Origin: a virus
Taxonomy: Duplodnaviria > Caudoviricetes
Length of the DNA: 64,000 bases
Reading direction: 5' to 3' (one strand)
IMG/VR virus record: IMGVR_UViG_3300029705_000021
Under the pieces are notes generated by a model, which saw only the letters and a program-made list of their open reading frames with translations, had not been told where the DNA came from and searched no databases. Made by a program: the position numbers and the translations under genes. Below are positions 42,917-51,300 of the stretch, one piece after another. Every line of letters starts with the position of its first letter. The stretch's first letter is position 1.

Positions 42917-43537
42917 ATGGCAGAATTAATGACATTACTAGGCGGTAATAATGATGATTTATATAATGAAATAATTAAGGAAAATCTAGAACAACGTATT
43001 TTAATTTTCAATGACGAAGTAAATGATATGGTTATCGAGAATTATATTATGTATATTTTAAAATGGAATAGAGAAGATCGTGACAGAAAAATCCCTGTCG
43101 ATTCAAGAAAAAAGATCTGGGTAATTTTAAACTCGCCAGGTGGAGATAAATTAGCAGGTATGATGTTTTTAGATGTCGTTAAACAGTCTATTACACCTAT
43201 TAACTGCTTAATTGTATCACTTGCTGCGTCAATGGCATCTTATATTCCAATGGTATGCAAAGAATCATATGCATTTGGTAATTCGGTTGTATGTTTGCAT
43301 GATGGTGAGGTCGGAGTTGTTCAAACAACCAGAAAAGCTAATGATACAATGAACTTTATTAAGGCTTGTGACGAAAAGCTTGATGATATTGTTTTAAATA
43401 ATACAAAAATTACAGAAGATTATTTGAATGAAATTGCAGATAGAGAATATTATATATTTGCTAAAGAAGCAAAAGAACTTGGTATTGTTGATTATATTGT
43501 TGGCGAAGACTGTACGATTGACGACATTTTAAACTAA
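42917..43537 (+). CDS. clpP: ClpP-family protease
   Basis: LNSPGG, AASMAS (Ser), CLHDG (His), DRE.Y..AKEAKELG.VD. Confidence 0.85.
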   Translation: MAELMTLLGGNNDDLYNEIIKENLEQRILIFNDEVNDMVIENYIMYILKWNREDRDRKIPVDSRKKIWVILNSPGGDKLAGMMFLDVVKQSITPINCLIVSLAASMASYIPMVCKESYAFGNSVVCLHDGEVGVVQTTRKANDTMNFIKACDEKLDDIVLNNTKITEDYLNEIADREYYIFAKEAKELGIVDYIVGEDCTIDDILN

Positions 43538-43575
43538 TCATAAATACATATAAGAATTTAAAGGAGTAAAAGGAA

Positions 43576-43821
43576 ATGGAAATTAAAAAGACAATTAAGT
43601 ATGACGGAAATTTAAAAAATGTAAGTATTAGAAATGGTGTACTTATTGATGAAGATGGAGTTCAAGTAGATTTAATGAAAACACTTGCCAATGTTTATGG
43701 AGATAAGACATTTAATATTTCTACAAATACTAAGACAGAGCAGCTTATTGATGCCGATGATTTTCATAATGGCAATGACAGTTATGAAGATGAGGATGAA
43801 GAAGATTCCGATGAAGAGTAA
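43576..43821 (+). CDS. Small acidic protein (YonK-like position)
   Basis: 81 aa, acidic tail, immediately upstream of the phosphoesterase as in SPbeta. Confidence 0.5.
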   Translation: MEIKKTIKYDGNLKNVSIRNGVLIDEDGVQVDLMKTLANVYGDKTFNISTNTKTEQLIDADDFHNGNDSYEDEDEEDSDEE

Positions 43822-43936
43822 ACACTACTCTTCTATTTTTGTTTAGTGGGCAAAAGGCGGTGCGAGTGTTAATGCTCGTATCGTCTTTTGTAATATAAAG
43901 ATTTTGACAGGATAAAAAGGAGAATAAAAGATATAT

Positions 43937-45151
43937 ATGGATTTCAAGAAAAAACCAGAAGAAAACTATCAACAGTACATATGGAGAATGGATGAATTAG
44001 TTCGATCTGGCAAATATCAGAATTGGAAGGAAATTACTCCGTTTGTAAATAAAGAACTGTTTGAAGAAGACGAGTCTCAATATCGTGATGAGTCTGCGTA
44101 TCGTAAGGCAGTTAAATATGCTAGAGATTTTTATGAAGCAGGTGTATTTGGAGTAAATGAAGATGAATATTTGAAAAAAATACAACTTCAAAGAGATGAA
44201 TTATACAAAGTTAAAAGACAAGTAATGGATCAGAGACGTGAATATAATAAAATATTAACATCTGATTCAAGAGCAGATCATTTAATGGAATGTATGATTG
44301 AGTGTGCAAATAAGATGAATGAAAATCATCCTTTATTATTTGCTTCTGAACCATTTAAGGACACAAATCCAAACAAAGAAGCAATACTCTTTTTCTCAGA
44401 CTGGCATTACGGTATGGTTACAGATAATCTTTGGAATAAATATAATACAGAAATTTGTAAACAACGAGTATCAAAGCTTATTGCGAAAACTAAGGAGTAT
44501 TTAAAATTAAATCATATTAGCAAATTACATATTGTAACTTTGGGTGATGCTGCGCATGGGTCAATTCATGTTAGTTGTAGAGTAACTTCGGAAGAAGATA
44601 CTTGTGATCAAATTATGCATGTTGCAGAAATTATGGCACAAGCAGTTGAAGAACTTTCTTTAGTAGTGGATAATGTAAAATTCTACTCTTGCTATGGCAA
44701 TCATTTAAGAACTATTCAAGAAAAGAATGATTCAGTTCATAGTGACAACATGGAGAAGATGATTCCATGGTGGATGAAACAAAGATTGGCAAAGAATTTA
44801 AAAGTAGAAATTATTGAATCTGAGTTTAAGGAATTTACAAAATTAAATGTATTGGGTTATAACATTTGTTGTGTCCATGGAGATTTAGATAGTATTAAAA
44901 ATATTGGTGTTACGGTAAACACTTTATTTAATCGTTTATATGGAGAAACAATTGACTATACAGTGTCAGGCGACAAACATCATCTCGAAGAATTTGAGCA
45001 ATTTGACATTGAAAGTATTATAATTAGATCTTTGTGCGGAACTGATGAATATGCAAACAATAAGCGTTTGTATTCGAAAGCAGGACAAACATTAATGATC
45101 TTTAATTCGGAAGATGGACGTGAAGCAACATATAATATTCCATTAAAATAA
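43937..45151 (+). CDS. Calcineurin-like metallophosphoesterase (SPbeta YonJ-like)
   Basis: SDWHYG, LGD, GNH, VHGD and GDKHH motifs. Confidence 0.85.
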   Translation: MDFKKKPEENYQQYIWRMDELVRSGKYQNWKEITPFVNKELFEEDESQYRDESAYRKAVKYARDFYEAGVFGVNEDEYLKKIQLQRDELYKVKRQVMDQRREYNKILTSDSRADHLMECMIECANKMNENHPLLFASEPFKDTNPNKEAILFFSDWHYGMVTDNLWNKYNTEICKQRVSKLIAKTKEYLKLNHISKLHIVTLGDAAHGSIHVSCRVTSEEDTCDQIMHVAEIMAQAVEELSLVVDNVKFYSCYGNHLRTIQEKNDSVHSDNMEKMIPWWMKQRLAKNLKVEIIESEFKEFTKLNVLGYNICCVHGDLDSIKNIGVTVNTLFNRLYGETIDYTVSGDKHHLEEFEQFDIESIIIRSLCGTDEYANNKRLYSKAGQTLMIFNSEDGREATYNIPLK

Positions 45152-45406
45152 ATTAATTAAATTAAATAACAATTGAAAACTATAGATATAAGTTTTGTAA
45201 GTGGTGACAGCTGGTCGCTCTCGCTACGGATTTTTAAAGTATCTAATAGATTAAGTGGCAATGACCGAACCCACGTTAGGCTGACGACTGCCATGAAAAG
45301 TGTCGAGAGGTTAAACTTGGAGAGTTAAGTGGAGACTCTACTTCTCTCCTATTATTTTGGAAAAGATTATAATAAATTTATTTTTTATTAAAAAGGAGAA
45401 AGCTTT

Positions 45407-45940
45407 ATGTTTATGAGAGGTGGATATTTAGCTGTTATGCAACCAAATCATCATTTGGCTTGTAGTGAAGGATGGGTATATGTACATAGATTAAAAGCTG
45501 AAGAAAAATTAGGAAGACCATTATCTGATACGGAATGTGTACACCACATAGATGGAAATAAACTAAATAATAATATAAACAATTTAATGGTATTTAAAAC
45601 AATAGCAGATCATTCGGCTTATCATATGGGTGCAGATATTAGAATGGAAGGTGATGTATATGTAGCATTACCAAATAAAAATAATATTTGTCCTATTTGT
45701 GAAAAATATAAAGATAATGCTGCAAAATTATGTGTAGAATGTTACAAAAAAGAAAGAAAATTAGGAATACCATCTAGAGATAAATTAAAAGAATTGATAT
45801 ATGAATATTCTTTTATTTATATAGGTCAATTATATGGTTTGTCAGATAATGCAGTTCGCAAATGGTGTAAGCAATATAATTTACCATATCAAAAAAATAA
45901 AATAAAAAAATATACAGAACAAGAATGGGTAGATATATAA
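45407..45940 (+). CDS. HNH homing endonuclease with Zn ribbon and HTH tail
   Basis: YVHR..AE..LGR.L...ECVHHIDGNKLNN..NNL; CPIC/CVEC; GLSDNAVRKWC. Confidence 0.88.
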   Translation: MFMRGGYLAVMQPNHHLACSEGWVYVHRLKAEEKLGRPLSDTECVHHIDGNKLNNNINNLMVFKTIADHSAYHMGADIRMEGDVYVALPNKNNICPICEKYKDNAAKLCVECYKKERKLGIPSRDKLKELIYEYSFIYIGQLYGLSDNAVRKWCKQYNLPYQKNKIKKYTEQEWVDI

Positions 45941-46043
45941 ATAATTATATATTGGAATGTTAAAAACATTATAGGTTCAAATCTTATTGCCCAATTATTA
46001 TGAGAAAACGGATAAAAATCAAAATAGAAAGGTGGTAAAAGAG

Positions 46044-46502
46044 ATGAATATAACAACAACAAATGAAATTACAAATGGAGTATTTTCTACAGTTATAACT
46101 GTTGCAAGTTTTGGAGCAGATACTCTTTCAAGTGAAGAAGAATTAAATCTTTTAAATAATTATTCTTGTAAACTTCGTTATAAAGATTTAGATTTTTCTG
46201 GAAAGTTTAAAGTAGTGGATGGAGAATTAACTATAACAGAGGATGAAGATGGTGCATTAGTGGAACTTGCTGTATCAGATATAGCTATTCCAGTAAATAA
46301 AAACTTCAAAGCAGAATATAAAATTGCTTTAAATAAGATACAGGATAATGAAATTGGGGAGGTTTTCACAACAAAAGAAATGGTTTGTGAAGCAAAATGT
46401 AAATTATTTGCATCTGTGGTTAAAGAAGGATTAAGAGTTATTCTTGAAGATATTAGAAGTAAATCAACAAGTTTTGAAGGAACTACTGAAGAAATGATTT
46501 AA
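46044..46502 (+). CDS. Hypothetical protein
   Basis: SD GAAAGGTGG before ATG 46044. Confidence 0.7.
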   Translation: MNITTTNEITNGVFSTVITVASFGADTLSSEEELNLLNNYSCKLRYKDLDFSGKFKVVDGELTITEDEDGALVELAVSDIAIPVNKNFKAEYKIALNKIQDNEIGEVFTTKEMVCEAKCKLFASVVKEGLRVILEDIRSKSTSFEGTTEEMI

Positions 46503-46513
46503 ATGTATATAAG

Positions 46514-46667
46514 TTAAATTATAGTTTGCTTATGATTTTTATAGTTTGAGCACATAGGTATGTGCTCAAACTTGTATATATTGTTTAATTTGAGTGCTTA
46601 GGTATGTACAGAATCGTGCATATTCCTAAGTACTCAACAGTTATTTATTATTTAAACTATAATTTAA
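46514..46667. repeat. Element A: 14-bp terminal inverted repeat enclosing GxGTRCWTARGxA motif hairpins
   Basis: TTAAATTATAGTTT/AAACTATAATTTAA; motifs at 46548, 46592 and inverted at 46623. Confidence 0.8.
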
Positions 46668-46679
46668 TAGTTTTGCTTA

Positions 46680-46708
46680 TTGACATATTTTTACATTTAA
46701 TATATATT
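46680..46708 (+). promoter_or_regulatory. sigmaA-type promoter of the recombinase, with a motif copy near +1
   Basis: TTGACA-17bp-TATATT, then TAGTGCTTAAGAT at 46711. Confidence 0.65.
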
Positions 46709-46752
46709 ATTAGTGCTTAAGATTAACTAATATTATAAAGAGAGGTAAGAAT

Positions 46753-47796
46753 ATGAGTAAGAAGAATGAATTAATTAATATAATTTTACATAGTGCAATG
46801 AGAAGTTTTGATAAAGATGCAATTGTGGAATTAAAAAAGATACTTAGAATTTCTCTTTATGATTATTCGGTAGAAAAAATAGGGACAACAGATATTGCTA
46901 TTGGAAATTACGAAACCACTCAAGGATTATTGGAATATTTTACTGTATGTAAATTAAGCTCTGGTAGATCGCATAAAACAATTAGACAGTATATACTCGT
47001 GGCGAACCAGTTGTGCGGTTTGGTACACAAGAATTTGGGTGATATAACGAGCGAAGATGTAATTTATTTCTTAGCGAAATACCCTACTACGAAATCTCCA
47101 CATGTAAGTCAGTGTACTATGGATTCAAAGAGAAGATACTTGTCTTCTATCTTTGGTTTGTTAAAGAAACACAAAAAGATTTCAGAGAATCCGATGGATA
47201 TGGTTGAGAGTTTGAAATATCCCTATAAGGTAAAAGAACAATTTACTGATCAAGAAATACATAAATTATATGAAAGCATTAACGATTGCAAAAATGATAT
47301 TATTAAACATAGAAATAATGCCATACTTAGTTTATGTCTTGATACTGGTTGTCGTGTTTCAGAATTAACTAATATTAGTATCAGAGATTGTAATTTTCAG
47401 AGCAATGAGGTTAAAGTGCAAGGAAAAGGCAATAAGGAAAGAATTGTATTTTTCTCTAAATCAACAAAAGATAAAATTATTGACTATTTAAAACTTAGAA
47501 ATATTCAGAACTATAATACTAATATTCCATTGTTTATGGATATCTGCAATAAGAACAGACTTAAAGCTTCGGGTGTCAGAAGTATGCTTAAAAGAATTGG
47601 TTTAGCGAGTGGAGTAAACAATGTTCACCCACATAGACTGAGACGTACTTGCGCAACAAGCCTTGTTGTAAAAGGTATACCGATTGATACAGTTGCTAGA
47701 TACTTAGGTCATGCTAATTTAGATATCGTGCAGAAATACGTCTGTAATTCGAATGAAAGAATGAAAAATGAGTTACAAAGAGTTGGTATAGGTTAA
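46753..47796 (+). CDS. Tyrosine recombinase (XerC/D-like)
   Basis: DTGCRVSE (R), GKGNKER (K), HPHRLRR (HxxR), LGHAN (H), VQKY (Y). Confidence 0.93.
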   Translation: MSKKNELINIILHSAMRSFDKDAIVELKKILRISLYDYSVEKIGTTDIAIGNYETTQGLLEYFTVCKLSSGRSHKTIRQYILVANQLCGLVHKNLGDITSEDVIYFLAKYPTTKSPHVSQCTMDSKRRYLSSIFGLLKKHKKISENPMDMVESLKYPYKVKEQFTDQEIHKLYESINDCKNDIIKHRNNAILSLCLDTGCRVSELTNISIRDCNFQSNEVKVQGKGNKERIVFFSKSTKDKIIDYLKLRNIQNYNTNIPLFMDICNKNRLKASGVRSMLKRIGLASGVNNVHPHRLRRTCATSLVVKGIPIDTVARYLGHANLDIVQKYVCNSNERMKNELQRVGIG

Positions 47797-47821
47797 CTAA
47801 ACTAACTAATTTTTGATATAT

Positions 47822-47995
47822 TAAACTCGAATATACTTAATAATTTTTATTGCGTACATAAGTATATACATAAAAAATTGTGTACTTAAGGATGTACACA
47901 AGTATTGAGTGCTTAGGTAAACACTCTATATTGTGTGCTTAGGAATGCTGCCAAACATTTATAGTACGATATTTTATTAATTAAATTCGAGTTTA
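47822..47995. repeat. Element B: 11-bp terminal inverted repeat enclosing four motif copies at a 26-28 bp period
   Basis: TAAACTCGAAT/ATTCGAGTTTA; motifs at 47852, 47880, 47907 and 47933. Confidence 0.8.
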
Positions 47996-48084
47996 GTAAA
48001 CGAATCTGTTAACCAACTTCTTTTGTGTAGAGTTGGTTTTATTATAAAAATCAACTAAATAAAAAAAGAAAGTGAGGTAGAGCA

Positions 48085-48735
48085 ATGTATACAATTTTAG
48101 TTAAAGATACTAATGAATTATCTATAACAGTAAAAGAACGAATTATGCAAAGAAGTAAACTTATTGATAATTTGCATTTTTTAGTTAGCCCTTTATATAA
48201 GGACGAAATTGATATGACTGGCTTTACGGTAATGATGGAATATATATTACCTATAAGTAAAAAATATCGTAGTGAAATATTAACATTATCTGAAGAGTTA
48301 TATAAAGAAAAATTAGAATATAAACTTCCTTTTGATACAAAACTTACAGAAGAAGCTGGAAGTATTGAAGTACAATTATCTTTTATTAAATTAGATTTAG
48401 ACGAAGAGGGTAATAGTGTTCAATATGTTAGAAAGACAAGCCCTGCGACTATTACAATTGTACCAATTAGTGCATGGAGTGATATTATTCCTGATGAGGT
48501 ATTAAGTCCTATTGATGCTAAAATGTTAGAGATACAAGGTCAAATTAAAGCATTAGAAGAATTATCTAATATAACTGCTACTACAAAGGCAGATAATATT
48601 GTCCTTGATGAAGGAACTCATGAATTGTATTTGACATCTAATGGAGAAGCGATTGGAAATAAAATTGATATGGATACACTTGGTGAAGCAATTGTAGAAA
48701 ATACTGAAAATGGTCTTGTTCAAATGATAATATAG
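48085..48735 (+). CDS. Structural/fibre-associated protein (BppU N-terminal-like)
   Basis: IMQRSKLIDNLHFL...LPFDTKLTEEAGSIEVQLSF...VRKTSP.TI.I beta-sandwich pattern. Confidence 0.5.
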   Translation: MYTILVKDTNELSITVKERIMQRSKLIDNLHFLVSPLYKDEIDMTGFTVMMEYILPISKKYRSEILTLSEELYKEKLEYKLPFDTKLTEEAGSIEVQLSFIKLDLDEEGNSVQYVRKTSPATITIVPISAWSDIIPDEVLSPIDAKMLEIQGQIKALEELSNITATTKADNIVLDEGTHELYLTSNGEAIGNKIDMDTLGEAIVENTENGLVQMII

Positions 48736-48745
48736 GGAGGTAATT

Positions 48746-49582
48746 ATGTCACAAAATAGAGCGAAATTTGGTTATCTTTCTTATGATGATATGCTGCAAA
48801 AAATTACTGATGGCGTATTAGACCAACATGACATAGTATTTACTAAAGATACAAAAGAAACATATATTATTTCTCCCGATGCTGAACCTATAGCTTTAAA
48901 AAGTAAAGTTTATGTATATAATTCTATGACAGAAGCAATTAGAGAAATTAATAGAAATACTGATACTTATATTGGTCAAATTGTTAGTATTTTAGACGGA
49001 GATACATATCGAGGTTATATTGTTAATCAAAATACAAAATATAGAACTACTTCTTATACAGTAAGTCCTTTAACAGATACTTCTTCTATTGATTATAATA
49101 CATTGGGTAATAAACCAATTATAAATCTTATTGGTACTTTAGATGAACCAATAACTTTATCAGAGTTATCTAATGGTACATATTCTATTATTGGTCAATA
49201 CAAAGTTAAGGATTCTGAAGAAACAATATATCTTAATGCTTCTCCGACAGTGGTTATTATAGAAAAAGATAACAATAAAACATTTATAAAAAAAATTTCA
49301 TCGTCAGAAATTATAGATTATGTAATAACTGATGATATTGTTGAGAAAAAAGCATATGCAACAGATAAATTTCTTGAAGAATATGGATATGCTACTACTT
49401 CTTATGTTGATAATAAAATTGCAGTTCTTGATTTTATTACCAAAGATGAAGTGTCTATATATGTAGACAATTTAGTAAATGAAATACTTGATAATATATT
49501 GGATTCTAAAATTGATAAAAAGATTGACGAAAAAATTCAGCCTGTTGGGGAAGAATATGTTGTTAGTCTTTTTTCTTTATAG
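48746..49582 (+). CDS. Putative fibre/structural protein
   Basis: IDYNTLGNKPIIN and YATTSYVDNKI fibre-type motifs. Confidence 0.5.
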   Translation: MSQNRAKFGYLSYDDMLQKITDGVLDQHDIVFTKDTKETYIISPDAEPIALKSKVYVYNSMTEAIREINRNTDTYIGQIVSILDGDTYRGYIVNQNTKYRTTSYTVSPLTDTSSIDYNTLGNKPIINLIGTLDEPITLSELSNGTYSIIGQYKVKDSEETIYLNASPTVVIIEKDNNKTFIKKISSSEIIDYVITDDIVEKKAYATDKFLEEYGYATTSYVDNKIAVLDFITKDEVSIYVDNLVNEILDNILDSKIDKKIDEKIQPVGEEYVVSLFSL

Positions 49583-49656
49583 AAAATATATGATACATAG
49601 TTAAAAACACCAAATTATGGTGTTTAAAAATAAAAAAAAGAAAGGAATATATAATT

Positions 49657-50907
49657 ATGGCAAAATTAAAAGTTTTTACATTGGATAACCTTACTCTCTA
49701 TGATGGATTGATTAAAGGTTATGTTGACAAAGCTGCTGCTGCAGTTGATGCAAAGTCAATAAAGACTGTTGCAATTACAGGTAACACACTTAATTTTTAT
49801 AATGTTTCAGAACCTGTAGGTGAAACTGCTCCTGTTTATTCTATTGAACTTCCACAGACAGATTTAACAGACGTTCTTACAAGACTTTCTGCTCTTGAAG
49901 ATGGTAAGGCTGATAAGACTGAAGTTTACACAAAAGGTGAAGTTTACACAAAAGGTGAAGTTGATGCTGCTATTCAGGATGCTGAATATGATGATACTCA
50001 GATTAAGGCTGATATTAAAGCAAATGCTGACGCTATTACAGCAATTAACGCTGCTGATACAGGTATTCTTGCTCAGGCAAAGACTTATGCTGATGGCAAA
50101 GATGACGCTATCGCAGCTGCTAAGAAGGCTGGAGATGACGCTCAGGCTGACGTAGATGCTCTTGAAGCAAAGATTGGTACTGTTGAAGACGGAAAAACTG
50201 TAATGGGTATTATTGCAGACATTCAGGCTAATGCTTACGATGATACTCAGGTTAAAGCTGATATTAAGAAAAATGCTGATGATATTGCTGCTATTAATAA
50301 TGCAGACACAGGTATTTTAGCTCAGTCTAAAGGATACACAGATACAACTGTGGCACAGGCAGTAAAGACTGTTAAAGAAAGTCTTGCTTCTGCTCTTACA
50401 TATAAAGGTCAGAAGGCTACTGAAGATGAACTTCCAACAGAAGGTAATGTATGTGGTGATGTATGGAATGTAACTACAACAGATAAGGGTACTTCTGCTG
50501 AATTCGTATGGGTAGTTGATAATGCTGAAACTGGAGCAGGTCATTGGGAAGAATTAGGTACAGCTCTTGATCTTTCTGCTTATGCTGAAAAGACACAGGT
50601 TGCTACTGATATTGCTACAGCTAAGGGCGAAGCTGTTTCTGAAGCTAAAGCATACGCTGATGGATTGGCTTCGAATTATGACGCTGCAGGTGCTGCTAGT
50701 GATGCACTTACAGAAGCTAAAGCATACACAGATACAGAAGTTGCAAAGGCAAATGATGCAGTAACTGCTCTTACAAATGGTCAGGTTAAGACAAATACTG
50801 ATGCTATCGCTAAGAATGCACAGGATATCGCTGGTTTACAGTCAACTCTTGGCGAAGGTGTTGAAGCTATTACAGAAGCTGAAATTAACGCTTTATTTAA
50901 TGCTTAA
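49657..50907 (+). CDS. Ala-rich coiled-coil fibre protein with internal repeats
   Basis: EVYTKG x2, duplicated YDDTQ.KADIK.NAD.I.AIN.ADTGILAQ.K, AKAYAD repeats, LTYKG...LP.EGN..GDVWNV domain; codon usage resembles the capsid gene. Confidence 0.65.
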   Translation: MAKLKVFTLDNLTLYDGLIKGYVDKAAAAVDAKSIKTVAITGNTLNFYNVSEPVGETAPVYSIELPQTDLTDVLTRLSALEDGKADKTEVYTKGEVYTKGEVDAAIQDAEYDDTQIKADIKANADAITAINAADTGILAQAKTYADGKDDAIAAAKKAGDDAQADVDALEAKIGTVEDGKTVMGIIADIQANAYDDTQVKADIKKNADDIAAINNADTGILAQSKGYTDTTVAQAVKTVKESLASALTYKGQKATEDELPTEGNVCGDVWNVTTTDKGTSAEFVWVVDNAETGAGHWEELGTALDLSAYAEKTQVATDIATAKGEAVSEAKAYADGLASNYDAAGAASDALTEAKAYTDTEVAKANDAVTALTNGQVKTNTDAIAKNAQDIAGLQSTLGEGVEAITEAEINALFNA

Positions 50908-50932
50908 TTAAAATAAAATTGAATACATGATT

Positions 50933-50966
50933 GCAAAGAGCCTTGTGAAATATCAAGGCTCTTTGT
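50933..50966 (+). terminator. Intrinsic terminator-like hairpin
   Basis: CAAAGAGCCTTG/CAAGGCTCTTTG stem after the fibre gene. Confidence 0.65.
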
Positions 50967-50981
50967 ATTAATATTGGTTGA

Positions 50982-51136
50982 TAAATAAATGTTTAGTGAT
51001 CTTATGTATTTACCTAAGCACTCTTAAAACAGGTATTTTTTTATATTTATATTTTTGATTATGTGCTTACCTAAGCCCACAATCCTTTTAAAATACAATA
51101 AAATTTTAATTTATAAATTCACTAAACATTTATTTA
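50982..51136. repeat. Element C: 18-bp terminal inverted repeat enclosing two motif copies in the opposite orientation
   Basis: TAAATAAATGTTTAGTGA/TCACTAAACATTTATTTA; TACCTAAGCACTC at 51011 and TACCTAAGCCCAC at 51068. Confidence 0.8.
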
Positions 51137-51151
51137 ACTAATTAAATTTAT

Positions 51152-51224
51152 GCCTCGATGGCTCAATTGGCAGAGCAGCTGATTTGTAATCAGCAGGTTA
51201 TCGGTTCAAGTCCGATTCGAGGCT
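51152..51224 (+). tRNA. tRNA-Thr(TGT)
   Basis: GCCTCGA/TCGAGGC acceptor, GCTGA-TTTGTAA-TCAGC, GTTCAAG. Confidence 0.93.
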
Positions 51225-51300
51225 TATGAAGAAGAGTTGGTTGTATGGCTACTCTTCTATTTTATTGGAATAAATTATGATTAAAAGGAGGAGTTGTTAG

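Noticed and set aside
45280-45305. Hammerhead ribozyme (CTGACGA...GAAA)
   Set aside because: Stems II and III cannot be formed around the core in the required topology
47852-47945. Mini-CRISPR in element B
   Set aside because: The period is only 26-28 bp with a 13-bp degenerate unit, too short for a repeat-spacer structure
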